This document shows, in pieces, positions 38,192-47,867 of a stretch of DNA of 64,000 nt. Within the stretch, counting starts at the first letter, position 1, and each line of letters starts with the position of its first letter. Origin of the DNA: an uncultured Bacilli bacterium (GTDB lineage: Bacteria > Bacillota_I > Bacilli_A > RF39 > UBA660). A model generated the notes under the pieces. It did not search any database and had not been told where the DNA came from. It saw nothing but the letters and a program-made list of their open reading frames with translations. The DNA is taken from contig CALVOP010000002.1 in assembly GCA_944350345.1 (NCBI GenBank), positions 577 through 64,576 of the forward strand, written 5' to 3'. The position numbers and the translations under genes are program-made.

Positions 38192-40003
38192 ATGAAACGT
38201 ATTAAGTATTTTTTTGTATTTTTAGTTTTGTTTTTTCCTTTGTCAGTTAATAGTTATACTGAACTGCCTGTTGATTTGACTGATTTATCTATCGTTGATA
38301 TTCAAGATTATGTGGATAAAGGTGTTTTTAGTTATGAAGATTTGGTTCGTGTTTATTTGGACAGGATTCAAGAATATGATGATGAATATAATTCTGTTTT
38401 GAGTTTGAATGAAGAAGCAATTAGTATTGCTAAGGAACTTGATGAGGAAAGGGAAGAAAGTGGTATTCGTAGTTTAGTTCATGGCATTCCTATTATGGTT
38501 AAAGATAATATTGATTATGCCGGTATGGCTACTACTGGTGGGACTAAGGCTTTAAGTGATTCTGTTCCTAAAAGTAATGCGAAGGTTATTTCATATTTGG
38601 TAGATAATGGTGCGATTATTTTGGGTAAGACTAATATGAGTGAACTTGCTTTGAGTGTTCAAAATTCTTATAGTTCGTATGGCTATGTTAGAAATGCTTA
38701 TGATAATAGTTATACTAGTTATGGGTGTAGTGGTGGTTCTGCTGTTAGTACTTCTTTGATGTTTAGTGTTGCTAGTTTGGGCACTGATACTAATTCTTCT
38801 GTTCGTGTTCCTGCTGCTGCTGCGGGGCTTGTCGGTATTAGGCCAACTTTTGGTTCTGTTTCTGGCAATGGCGTGATTAAGTATGATGTAAATCGTGATA
38901 CTGTTGGTGTTTTGGCTAGGAATGTGACTGATAATGCCATTATTTTGGATGTTATAAGTGGTGGAGATGGTAATAAATATTTAGATGATTTAGATAGTTC
39001 TAAACTTACTATTGGTGTTTTGAGTCAAATTGCTGAAGGTGATAGTAGTCTTTATGGTAATGCTTTTAGAGCTACTAATAGTGAGATATTGGATTTGTTT
39101 AATGATAATATTGATTATTTAGAGTCATTGGGCTATAAGATTGTTTATTTGGATGATTTTTTTACTAGAGAAGTAATTGACTATGAAAATGATTCTACTA
39201 GTGGAAAATCTATGTGTAATGAGTTTAATAAGTATATTGTTAATACTAGTAGTAGTATTAAAAGTTTTGGAGAATTAGCTAAATCAACTGGCGGGGTTTA
39301 TAGTTTGTATGATTACGTATATTATTGTGGTATGGATGAGTCGTTTACTGAAGAAAAGTCTTTAATGGAGCTATATAGAAATTATGTAAGTGAATTTATG
39401 GATAAAAATGATATCGATGTTTTGGTTTATCCTAATATTAAATCTAAAACTAGTTTGTATTATGAAAGTGATAATGTTACATCTAGTTATATTATTGCTC
39501 CTGCTACTGGTTTTCCGGCAATTACTTATAATATGGGTTACATAGATGGTTTAGCTTATTCAATGGAGTTTTTAACTACTCTTGGAAATGAACAAATTCT
39601 TTATAATTTGCTTTCTAATTTGAAAAATAATTATGTTCTATCTAGTGAGGCACCTATGCTTTATGAAGTTAGTGATGAAGTTACAGAGTTAGTTAATTAT
39701 TATATGAACGTGAATTTGAAAAGTTTGTATAAATATAATAAGGATGCATTAGAGACGTATAATAATGCTCTTGATAATATTCTTTACTTTTTTGATAATT
39801 ATAATGATGTAGAAGATAAAGAAACAACGGCTATTAATTTATTAAATGATTATAAGGATGCAATCCAAATACTTAAGGAAGCTAAAAGTGAAAGAAATAC
39901 TACTATATTTTTAGTAATTATGTTAATCTTGTTTGTAGTGCTAATTGTACTGTTAAAATCACTTGTTTATTCAGTAAAGAAAAATAAAAGAAACAAACAT
40001 TAA
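38192..40003 (+). CDS. Secreted amidase-signature (AS) family amidase with N-terminal signal peptide and C-terminal TM anchor
   Basis: The signal peptide is MKRIKYFFVFLVLFFPLSVNS. GGTKALSDS...GCSGGSAVSTS is the Ser-cisSer-Lys amidase signature (GGSSGG variant). The C-terminus TIFLVIMLILFVVLIVLL is followed by KKNKRNKH. A terminator follows at about 39975-40017. Confidence 0.7.
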   Translation: MKRIKYFFVFLVLFFPLSVNSYTELPVDLTDLSIVDIQDYVDKGVFSYEDLVRVYLDRIQEYDDEYNSVLSLNEEAISIAKELDEEREESGIRSLVHGIPIMVKDNIDYAGMATTGGTKALSDSVPKSNAKVISYLVDNGAIILGKTNMSELALSVQNSYSSYGYVRNAYDNSYTSYGCSGGSAVSTSLMFSVASLGTDTNSSVRVPAAAAGLVGIRPTFGSVSGNGVIKYDVNRDTVGVLARNVTDNAIILDVISGGDGNKYLDDLDSSKLTIGVLSQIAEGDSSLYGNAFRATNSEILDLFNDNIDYLESLGYKIVYLDDFFTREVIDYENDSTSGKSMCNEFNKYIVNTSSSIKSFGELAKSTGGVYSLYDYVYYCGMDESFTEEKSLMELYRNYVSEFMDKNDIDVLVYPNIKSKTSLYYESDNVTSSYIIAPATGFPAITYNMGYIDGLAYSMEFLTTLGNEQILYNLLSNLKNNYVLSSEAPMLYEVSDEVTELVNYYMNVNLKSLYKYNKDALETYNNALDNILYFFDNYNDVEDKETTAINLLNDYKDAIQILKEAKSERNTTIFLVIMLILFVVLIVLLKSLVYSVKKNKRNKH

Positions 40004-40071
40004 AAAGTGTTTGTTTTTTTAAAGTGTTTATTTATTCTTTTGATAATAATATTATTAGAAAGGATGAGTAA

Positions 40072-42105
40072 ATGAAAGATTTTATTGTTAAACAAAATAG
40101 TTCCTATAGTTGTGCGACTGCTTGTGTGTTGTCTCTCATTAAGTACTATGGTGGAGATATGTCTTATGAAGAGTTGAATGTGATTTTGAATGCTTCTAGA
40201 TATGGAACTAATGCTTATGATATTTTAAATGGTGTTAAATCTATAGGGTTTGTTGGGCGCGGTATTAAATTATCTTTTAATTATTTGACTAGTTATGAGA
40301 TTGTTAATCCTTTAATCGCCCATGTAATTAAAAATAATATGTATCATTTTGTGGTTATTTATAAAATTGATAAAAGAAAAAAATTATTTAGTGTTATGGA
40401 TCCAAGTGAAGGCATGGTTAAAGTTAAATTTGATGTTTTTGAAAAGATGTATTTGTCCACTGTATTGGATATTGTTCCAACCGAGAATGTACCTAATATT
40501 AAAAATGATGCTGTTTTGGTAAGTAAGATTTTTAAGGTTTTAAAGAAGTATAAGATATTAGTTTTTAAAGTTTTGTTTTTATCTTTATTAGTGATAACTT
40601 TTACATTATTTTCTAGTGTTCTGTTAAAACTTTTACTTGAATTAAATAATTTTAAGATTTTATGTTTAATTTTTGTGATAGTTATTTTATTAAAAAATTT
40701 TTGTAATTATTTTTTGGAAAGATATATTATTTTAGTTCAAAATAATGTAGGAGTTTTGCTTTTAAAGGATGTTATTTTTCATATTTTTAAAGTTCCTATA
40801 AAGTATGTTAAAAATAAAAGTACTGGTGATATTTTAGATAGAATTAGGGATTTAGAAGATGTTAAAAATAAGCTGGTGGATGTTTGTTTGAATATATTTG
40901 TGAATGTTTTGTTGTTAGTTTTTATTTTGGTATTTTTATCTTTTATTAATATGAATTTATTCTTAATTTCTATTTTGTTTATCTTTGTTTATTTCGTCTT
41001 TTCTATTTTGTATTATAAATATTTTAAAAGGAAAATTTTTGAAGTTAAAAGTGTTTATGGTACATATGAAAGTTTTGCTAATGATAGTATTTCTAATTAT
41101 GTGAGTATTAAGAATTCGCAGGTTGAAGATATTTATATAACTAAGTTTTTAAATAAATATTATTGTTATTTATATAGACTTAAAAGTTCTTTAGTTAGTC
41201 TTAATGTTTTTGAACTTGTTAAAAATGTTTTAAGTGATTTGTTTTTATTAGTTGTCATTGTATTTTCAGTTTTACTTTTGAATAAAGGTGTTATTAAATT
41301 AAGTGATTTGTTTTTTGTTTATTCTCTTATTCTTAGTATAGTAGATCCGGTTAAAAATATCTTTGATAAGTTTTCTTCTATTGAAGAGGTAAAAGTTTCT
41401 TTGAAACGCGTGAATGATTTGCTTAGGGTTCGTGAAGAAGTTTGTAGTTTAAATAAGATTGACGGACAAATTGTTTTTGAGAATGTTAAGTTAAATTTTA
41501 TTGATAATAATTCTTTGATAAATTTTTCTATTAAAAAAGGGTCGTTGTTTTTACTTTATGGAATTAGTGGTGTTGGTAAGAGTTCTTTACTTAAAATAGT
41601 AACTGGTGAATCTTCAAATTATAAAGGTAATGTATCTGTTGGAGGCGTTAATATTAAAGATTTAGATGAAGGTGTATTGTTAAACTCTGCCTCTTTTGTC
41701 TCTCAAGAAGAAAAACTATTTAATGATACTTTGGAAAATAATATTAAGCTTTATAGAGATGTTAGTGATGATTTTTATGAAAAGATATTAAAAGTTACTC
41801 TTGTCGATAAGATTAGAAATAGTAAAAAGTTTAGAAATGATTTTGTTATTTATGAAGATGGGGTTAACTTAAGTGGAGGAGAAAGGCAAAAAATTATTTT
41901 GGCTCGTGCTTTAATTAAAGACTTTAATTATTTGATTATTGATGAAGGGCTTAGTGAGGTTAATTTGGAAGATGAGAAAGTGATAATTGAAAATATTAGA
42001 AGATGTTTTTCTGATAAAACTATTATTTATGTTTCACATAAAAAAGAAATTAATTGCCTTTTTGAAGAGAAGTATTTTATGAAAGGGGGTGATAGTATTG
42101 ACTGA
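40072..42105 (+). CDS. Bacteriocin-processing ABC transporter with N-terminal C39 (double-glycine) cysteine peptidase domain (SunT/LagD/ComA type)
   Basis: The N-terminus (SSYSCATACVLSLIKYYGG) has the Cys of a C39 papain-like peptidase, with His (NPLIAHVIKNNMYHFVV) and Asp (VMDPSEG) downstream. It has 6 TM helices and an ABC ATPase (GISGVGKSS Walker A, LSGGERQKIILARAL signature, LIIDEG Walker B). Confidence 0.85.
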   Translation: MKDFIVKQNSSYSCATACVLSLIKYYGGDMSYEELNVILNASRYGTNAYDILNGVKSIGFVGRGIKLSFNYLTSYEIVNPLIAHVIKNNMYHFVVIYKIDKRKKLFSVMDPSEGMVKVKFDVFEKMYLSTVLDIVPTENVPNIKNDAVLVSKIFKVLKKYKILVFKVLFLSLLVITFTLFSSVLLKLLLELNNFKILCLIFVIVILLKNFCNYFLERYIILVQNNVGVLLLKDVIFHIFKVPIKYVKNKSTGDILDRIRDLEDVKNKLVDVCLNIFVNVLLLVFILVFLSFINMNLFLISILFIFVYFVFSILYYKYFKRKIFEVKSVYGTYESFANDSISNYVSIKNSQVEDIYITKFLNKYYCYLYRLKSSLVSLNVFELVKNVLSDLFLLVVIVFSVLLLNKGVIKLSDLFFVYSLILSIVDPVKNIFDKFSSIEEVKVSLKRVNDLLRVREEVCSLNKIDGQIVFENVKLNFIDNNSLINFSIKKGSLFLLYGISGVGKSSLLKIVTGESSNYKGNVSVGGVNIKDLDEGVLLNSASFVSQEEKLFNDTLENNIKLYRDVSDDFYEKILKVTLVDKIRNSKKFRNDFVIYEDGVNLSGGERQKIILARALIKDFNYLIIDEGLSEVNLEDEKVIIENIRRCFSDKTIIYVSHKKEINCLFEEKYFMKGGDSID

Positions 42106-42229
42106 TAAAGAACTATATTCCGTTAGTGGTGGCGGGATTGGTTGGGGTATAGCTGGCTTAATAGGCGGGATAATAACTTTTATTATTGGTGTTATTGACG
42201 GTTATATGAGACCATTAAAATGTAATTAG
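42098..42229 (+). CDS. Double-glycine-leader bacteriocin precursor peptide A, 43 aa: (M)TDKELYSVSGG|GIGWGIAGLIGGIITFIIGVIDGYMRPLKCN. It has a TTG start 8 nt after GGGGG and overlaps the transporter stop.
   Basis: The 12-aa leader has GG at -1/-2, V at -4, L at -7, E at -8 and M at -12, which matches the double-glycine leader consensus. The mature 31-aa peptide is rich in GxxxG motifs like class IIb peptides. It is not in the ORF track. Confidence 0.7.
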   Translation: MTDKELYSVSGGGIGWGIAGLIGGIITFIIGVIDGYMRPLKCN

Positions 42230-42244
42230 AAAGGAGGGATTTTG

Positions 42245-42400
42245 TTGAATGATGTTGAGTTAACTAATGTAGTTGGTGGTGCGATAAGTGCGACTTTGGT
42301 TAATGCATTAGTTAGAGGTTTTACGGCTATATTTGAATTTGGAAAGGCTGTTGGAACTGCTATTAGAAGAGCTAAAACAGGAACTATATGTTCTATATAA
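42245..42400 (+). CDS. Double-glycine-leader bacteriocin precursor peptide B, 51 aa: (M)NDVELTNVVGG|AISATLVNALVRGFTAIFEFGKAVGTAIRRAKTGTICSI. It has a TTG start 6 nt after GGAGGG.
   Basis: Its leader has the same register as peptide A (V-4, L-7, E-8, M-12, GG). The mature 39-aa peptide is cationic and amphipathic with a GKAVG motif. A terminator follows immediately. Confidence 0.7.
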   Translation: MNDVELTNVVGGAISATLVNALVRGFTAIFEFGKAVGTAIRRAKTGTICSI

Positions 42401-42423
42401 AGAAGTGAATTCACTTCTTTTTT
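42401..42423 (+). terminator. Rho-independent terminator ending the bacteriocin operon
   Basis: AGAAGTGAATTCACTTCT is a perfect 9-bp palindrome followed by TTTTT. Confidence 0.8.
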
Positions 42424-42651
42424 GATGTAAACTTGTTTGTTAGTTATAAATTACAAAAGTAGTTCAAAGTAATATATGAAATTAGCTAAAATTCTTATAA
42501 AATTAGAAAAACTTTTAAGGTGGTTATTTAGTGAAAATTCTTGATTTTTTTCATTAAATAGAGTATTATTAAGTAGTAAGTTTTTTCTTGGTTTAATGAG
42601 TCCTCGACTTTTTACTAGGAATAAACGGATTATTTATGAAGGAGGGAAATG

Positions 42652-42921
42652 ATGGCTTTAACTAAAGAGCAAAAAGAAACTATTGTTAAAAAGTATGCTA
42701 GAAGTAAGAATGATACTGGAAGTGTTGAAGTACAAGTTGCTTTGTTAACTGAAGAAATTAATATTTTAACTGAGCATTTAAAAGTTCATATTCATGATTA
42801 TCATTCTAAACTAGGTCTTATGAAGATGATAGGTAAGAGAAGAAGTTTACTTAACTACTTGAAGAAAGAAGATGTAGTTAGATATCGTGAACTTATTAAA
42901 AGTTTAAATTTGAGAAAGTAG
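42652..42921 (+). CDS. rpsO: 30S ribosomal protein S15 (the ORF-track start at 42649 is one codon upstream)
   Basis: [46 protein letters not shown]... is a canonical S15. Confidence 0.93.
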   Translation: MALTKEQKETIVKKYARSKNDTGSVEVQVALLTEEINILTEHLKVHIHDYHSKLGLMKMIGKRRSLLNYLKKEDVVRYRELIKSLNLRK

Positions 42922-42962
42922 GCACTTGTTTTAAGTGTCTTTTTTTATTGGAAAGGTAATTT

Positions 42963-45098
42963 ATGAAGAGAGTATTTGAATATGAATTTTATGGTAGGAA
43001 ATTGATAGTTGAAAATGGAGAACTAGCTAAACAAGCGCATGGGGCAGTATTGGTTAGATATGATGATACTGTTATTTTGTCAACAGCTGTTATGAGTAAT
43101 AATGTTAGTACTGCTGACTTTTTTCCACTTACTATTTTGTATCAAGAAAAACTTTATTCAGTAGGTAAAATACCTGGTGGATTTATTAAAAGAGAAGGTA
43201 GACCAACTGATGCAGGTACTTTAGCTGCTAGAACTATTGATAGGCCAATTAGACCTATGTTTGATGAGAATTTTAGAAATGAGGTGCAAGTTGTAAATAC
43301 TGTTTTAAGTGTTGATAATGATTGTACTCCTGAAATGACTGCACTTTTTGGAACATCTTTGAGTTTAGGAATATCTCATATTCCTTTTGATGAACCTGTA
43401 AGTGGCGTTATTGTTGGTAGGGTAAATGGTGAGTTTAAGATTAATCCTACTGCAGCAGAACTTGAAGAAAGTGATATTAATTTGACTGTGGCTGGTACTA
43501 AAAATGCTATTACTATGGTTGAAGCTGGATGCAAAGAAGTAAGCGAAGAAGATATGTTAGAAGCACTTATGTTTGGGCATGAAGCAATAAAAGAATTATG
43601 TGCGATTCAAGAGGATATTATTAGTGAAATAGGTGTTCCAAAAATTGAAGTTGAACTCGCCAAATTGGATGAAAATATTGTTAAAGAAGTAAGTGAAGAC
43701 ATTACAACTGATATGTTAGAAGCTATACAAATTGAAGATAAACTTGAAAAATATGCAAGGATTGATGAAGTAAAAGAACTTGCTGTTACTCATTATACAG
43801 AAAATCATGCCGATAGCGAGACGTTAGAAGATGAACTTAAACAAGTTAAGAAGATTGCTGATAATATTGAAGCTGCTGAAGTTAGAAGACTTATTACTGA
43901 AGAAAAAGTTAGACCTGATGGCCGCGGTATGACGGAGATTAGACATTTAAGTGGAAGTGTGGATTTGCTTCCTAGAACTCATGGAAGTGCATTGTTTACA
44001 AGAGGTCAAACTCAAGCTCTTGCTATTACTACTTTAGGAGCTATTGGTGAACATCAAATTTTGGATGGTTTAGGCTTGGAAAATGAAAAAAGATTTATGT
44101 TACATTATAATTTTCCTGCTTTCTCAGTAGGAGAGACTGGCAGATATGGTTCTCCTGGTAGAAGAGAAATAGGACATGGTGCTTTGGCTGAACGTGCTTT
44201 ACTTCAAGTGATGCCTAGTGAGGAAGAATTTCCTTATACTGTTAGGGTAGTTAGTGAAGTTTTAGAAAGTAATGGTTCTAGTAGTCAAGCAAGTATATGT
44301 GCTGGTTGTATGAGTTTGATGTCTGCTGGCGTGCCTATTAAGAAAATGGTTGCTGGTATAGCTATGGGTCTTATAACTAAGGATGATAAATATACAATTT
44401 TAACTGATATTCAAGGTTTAGAAGATCATATGGGAGACATGGACTTTAAAGTTGCTGGAACTAGAGATGGTATAACTGCTCTACAGATGGATATTAAAAT
44501 TAAAGGTATAACTAGAGATATTTTAAAAGAAAGTCTTGCTCAGGCACATGATGCTCGAGAGGAGATATTAGATGTCATGGAATCTATTATAAGTGAACCT
44601 AGAAAAGAACTTAGTAAATATGCTCCTAAAATTAAAATGATTGATATTAAACCTGAACAAATTAAAGATGTAATTGGTCGTGGTGGAGATGTTATTACTA
44701 AGATTATACTTGATAGTTCTAATGTTAAATCAGTAAATGATAAGGATGCAGTTAAGATCGATATAAGTGATGAAGGTCATGTTGTACTTTATCATCAAGA
44801 TATTGCAATAATCGATAAAGCTCTTGCTATGATAGAAGATATTATTAAAGAAGTAGAAATCGGTAAGATTTATACGGGTAAAGTTGTAAAAGTAGAAGAT
44901 TTTGGTTGCTTTGTTGAGTTGTGGCCTGGTTGTGAAGGTCTAGTACATGTTAGTCAATTGGATACTAAACGTGTCGAAAAGCCTAGTGATGTTGTTAAAG
45001 AAGGAGACGAAATAGTTGTAAAAGCAACTGGTTATGATAAACGTGGTAAATTAAATCTATCTAGAAAAGAAGTATTAAGTAGTAAAACTGAAAAATAA
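42963..45098 (+). CDS. pnp: Polyribonucleotide nucleotidyltransferase (PNPase)
   Basis: 711 aa with two RNase PH domains, a KH domain and an S1 domain ([20 protein letters not shown]). The rpsO-pnp pair is present. Confidence 0.95.
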   Translation: MKRVFEYEFYGRKLIVENGELAKQAHGAVLVRYDDTVILSTAVMSNNVSTADFFPLTILYQEKLYSVGKIPGGFIKREGRPTDAGTLAARTIDRPIRPMFDENFRNEVQVVNTVLSVDNDCTPEMTALFGTSLSLGISHIPFDEPVSGVIVGRVNGEFKINPTAAELEESDINLTVAGTKNAITMVEAGCKEVSEEDMLEALMFGHEAIKELCAIQEDIISEIGVPKIEVELAKLDENIVKEVSEDITTDMLEAIQIEDKLEKYARIDEVKELAVTHYTENHADSETLEDELKQVKKIADNIEAAEVRRLITEEKVRPDGRGMTEIRHLSGSVDLLPRTHGSALFTRGQTQALAITTLGAIGEHQILDGLGLENEKRFMLHYNFPAFSVGETGRYGSPGRREIGHGALAERALLQVMPSEEEFPYTVRVVSEVLESNGSSSQASICAGCMSLMSAGVPIKKMVAGIAMGLITKDDKYTILTDIQGLEDHMGDMDFKVAGTRDGITALQMDIKIKGITRDILKESLAQAHDAREEILDVMESIISEPRKELSKYAPKIKMIDIKPEQIKDVIGRGGDVITKIILDSSNVKSVNDKDAVKIDISDEGHVVLYHQDIAIIDKALAMIEDIIKEVEIGKIYTGKVVKVEDFGCFVELWPGCEGLVHVSQLDTKRVEKPSDVVKEGDEIVVKATGYDKRGKLNLSRKEVLSSKTEK

Positions 45099-45101
45099 TT
45101 G

Positions 45102-45128
45102 GTAAACACTTTAGTGTTTACTTTTTTT
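45102..45128 (+). terminator. pnp rho-independent terminator
   Basis: GTAAACACTTTAGTGTTTAC followed by T7. Confidence 0.75.
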
Positions 45129-45158
45129 GCAAAAAAAAAATAATCAGTGATTATCTTT

Positions 45159-45410
45159 TTATTTTTCTTCAAAAAGTTTGTCCATGCTTACTTCAAGCAC
45201 TGTTGCTATTCTCCATAATGTTTCAACTGAAAATCCACGTCTTCCTTCTTCACTTTCTATTCTTCTTATAAATTCAAAACTTCTATCTGTATATAATGCT
45301 AATTGTTCTTGAGTGTAGCCTTTTTCTTTACGATACTTTCTAATGTTATTAGCAATTATTTTCTTTATGTCTTTGTTAAAATTAAATTCTTTGTATTCGT
45401 AATTACTCAT
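45159..45410 (-). CDS. XRE-family helix-turn-helix transcriptional regulator
   Basis: 83 aa. NIRKYRKEKGYTQEQLALYTDRSFEFIRRIE is an HTH_3/XRE motif. Confidence 0.7.
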   Translation of the reverse strand: MSNYEYKEFNFNKDIKKIIANNIRKYRKEKGYTQEQLALYTDRSFEFIRRIESEEGRRGFSVETLWRIATVLEVSMDKLFEEK

Positions 45411-45540
45411 AGAAACACTCCTTGTACACTTATTTTCTCATAAAACTTTTAAAAATAATGTAGTCCCAAAGTACCAGTATTTTTATTTTTTATTATTAAT
45501 TATTTTTTATACTAAAAAAAGTAATTCAGTGAATTACTTT

Positions 45541-47025
45541 TTAAATTACTATTGCAATTAGGTTATTACTTCCTTTGTTTACTATTTTTGTTATAGTTTG
45601 ACAAAGTTTATATCTTAGGCTTTCTGGCATCATTGCAAGTTTTGCCTGAATTCCTTCTTGTACTATTACATCTAGACTTCTTCCAAATATTTCGCTTTTC
45701 CAAATGTTGTTTGGACTTTCTTCTTGATCTTTGAGTAAATAATCAATTAGTTCTTTACTTTGTATTTCACTTCCTATGATAGGTTCAAATGTGCTTTCAA
45801 CATCGACTTTAATCATATGTATACTTGTTGCGATTGCTTTTAGTTTTACTCCGTATCTTCCACCTTGTTTTATTATTTCTGGTTTATCAAGTTTCATATC
45901 ATCTAGTTTTGGAAATGCGATACCATATCCTGTTTGATATACTTGTTTAAGTGCATCTTTAAAGTTGTCGTATTCACTTTTTCCATTTTTAAAGTCTCTA
46001 AATATTTTTAAAAGTTCTGCTTTTGAATCAATACTTGTTCCAACTGTTTCTTTTAATACTTCATCATATAATTCGTTACTTGCTTCTAAGTTAATTGCAA
46101 CTTCACCTGTATTTGTGTTTAAGTTTGATATGTATGAATTACTTATAAAATCATTTTCTTCAAAATTTAAATTTATGTTGTTTATATCTCTTAATTTATT
46201 AACGCTTACAACGCTTTCTTTCATTGCTTTTAAAAATGCTTCTTTTATAGGATGATCATTATCTAAAACTCCAATCCAATCAGGTATGTTTACTTCAATG
46301 TTTTCAACTGGGAATTCGTATAATGCTTCTTTTAAAATCATGTATACTTCGTTTTCAGTCATGTCAAGTACGTTCATTGGTATAACTGGTATGTCATATT
46401 TTTCGTGCATTTCATCACATAAGTTTCTAACGTCTGGTGTGTTTGGATGTGTTGTGTTCATTATTACTATAAATGGTTTGTTTAGGTTTTTTAATTCTGT
46501 TATTACTTTTTCTTCTGCATCAATATAACTTCCTCTTGATATTTCTCCAATAGATCCATCAGTAGTTACTACTATTCCAATAGTAGAGTGGTCTTTTATT
46601 ACTTTTTCTGTTCCGATTTCTGCTGCTTCTGTAAATGGTAAGTCTTCTGTAAACCATGGAGTTTTTACCATTCTAGGATTCCCGTCTTCATCTAAATATC
46701 CTTTGCTTTCTGGCGTTACATATCCAACGCAGTCAATAAGTTTGATGTTGGTTTCAAAGTCGTCAATTTTAATTTTTGCACCATTGGAAGGTACAAATTT
46801 TGGCTCGATTGTCATTATTTGTTTTCCCTGAGCACTTTGAGGGATTTCGTCAAGACATCTTCTTTTTTCAAAATCATCTTCTATATTAGGTATTACTAAA
46901 GTTTCTATGAATTTTTTAATAAATGTGCTTTTCCCAGTTCTAACCGCGCCTACAACACCTAAATATATCTCTCCATTTGATTTTGAACCGATGCTTTCAA
47001 TTATTTCTTTTTTATCCATTTTCAT
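45541..47025 (-). CDS. spoIVA: Stage IV sporulation protein A (SpoIVA, spore coat morphogenetic ATPase)
   Basis: It aligns along its full length with B. subtilis SpoIVA (GEIYLGVVGAVRTGKSTFIKKF...; ...SIHMIKVDVESTFEPIIGSE...EGIQAKL.MMPE..RYKL). It is 494 aa against 492 aa. Confidence 0.9.
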   Translation of the reverse strand: MKMDKKEIIESIGSKSNGEIYLGVVGAVRTGKSTFIKKFIETLVIPNIEDDFEKRRCLDEIPQSAQGKQIMTIEPKFVPSNGAKIKIDDFETNIKLIDCVGYVTPESKGYLDEDGNPRMVKTPWFTEDLPFTEAAEIGTEKVIKDHSTIGIVVTTDGSIGEISRGSYIDAEEKVITELKNLNKPFIVIMNTTHPNTPDVRNLCDEMHEKYDIPVIPMNVLDMTENEVYMILKEALYEFPVENIEVNIPDWIGVLDNDHPIKEAFLKAMKESVVSVNKLRDINNINLNFEENDFISNSYISNLNTNTGEVAINLEASNELYDEVLKETVGTSIDSKAELLKIFRDFKNGKSEYDNFKDALKQVYQTGYGIAFPKLDDMKLDKPEIIKQGGRYGVKLKAIATSIHMIKVDVESTFEPIIGSEIQSKELIDYLLKDQEESPNNIWKSEIFGRSLDVIVQEGIQAKLAMMPESLRYKLCQTITKIVNKGSNNLIAIVI

Positions 47026-47147
47026 TCCACCTTTTTTTATCTTTCATTTAAACTTATGTTTATTTATATAAAAAAGAACTATTTTTTAATCTAATATTTA
47101 AATAATTTTGTATGTTTGATATAATTGTTTTGTGATAGGAGAGTGTT

Positions 47148-47867
47148 ATGAAAGAAAATTTAGAAAAAATTAATGAAGTAATGTCTGAAGTGGAAAATAA
47201 AGGCAAGCAAATTTTAATATTTTTGTTGTATTTTATTGGTTTTCTTTTGGGACCATCTTTGTTTTATTCATTAGTTAATGTGGTTTATCCGATTGATGAT
47301 GTGATGATTGCTAATTTGGTTGGAAATGGCTTGTATGCAATTATGTTATTTATTATATTGCATAGGGTTTTGATTGGTGACTTTAAAAAACTTGGTAAAG
47401 ATAAAGTTAATAATATGAAAGTTATGTTTAAGTGGTGGGGTATAGGACTATTAATAATGATGATTAGTAATCTTATTATTAATGGTATTGTTTTTAATGG
47501 CTCGATTGCTGCGAATGAGGAAGCAAATAGGGAACTTATATTAGCTTCACCGTTTTTAAGTATTTTCCTCGCAGTTTTTATTGCCCCTTTTGTTGAAGAG
47601 ATAACTTTTAGATATGGTCTCAGAAAAATATTTAAAAATGTTTGGTTTTATGCAATAGTCAGTGGTTTTATCTTTGGTTTTTTACATGCTATTTCAGGGA
47701 TTGAATCTGCAAAAGATATGTTGGACTTGTTATATATTATTCCTTATGGATCACTTGGTTTTGCTTTTTCTGTTATTTATTATAAAACTGATAATATATG
47801 GGTAAATATTTTTGTTCATACATTACATAATGCAATTGTTTACTCATTATTAATTTTATTTGCATAG
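47148..47867 (+). CDS. CPBP-family intramembrane glutamic endopeptidase (CAAX protease / Abi-type, often bacteriocin self-immunity)
   Basis: Polytopic with the three CPBP motifs: EEITFRYGL (EExxxR), FGFLHA (FxxxH) and HTLHN (HxxxN). Confidence 0.75.
   Translation: MKENLEKINEVMSEVENKGKQILIFLLYFIGFLLGPSLFYSLVNVVYPIDDVMIANLVGNGLYAIMLFIILHRVLIGDFKKLGKDKVNNMKVMFKWWGIGLLIMMISNLIINGIVFNGSIAANEEANRELILASPFLSIFLAVFIAPFVEEITFRYGLRKIFKNVWFYAIVSGFIFGFLHAISGIESAKDMLDLLYIIPYGSLGFAFSVIYYKTDNIWVNIFVHTLHNAIVYSLLILFA

Noticed and set aside
42226-42414. Minus-strand 62-aa ORF overlapping the bacteriocin precursor region
   Set aside because: It is antisense to the two GG-leader peptide genes. Those have strong RBSs, proper leaders and a terminator, and the minus ORF has none of these.
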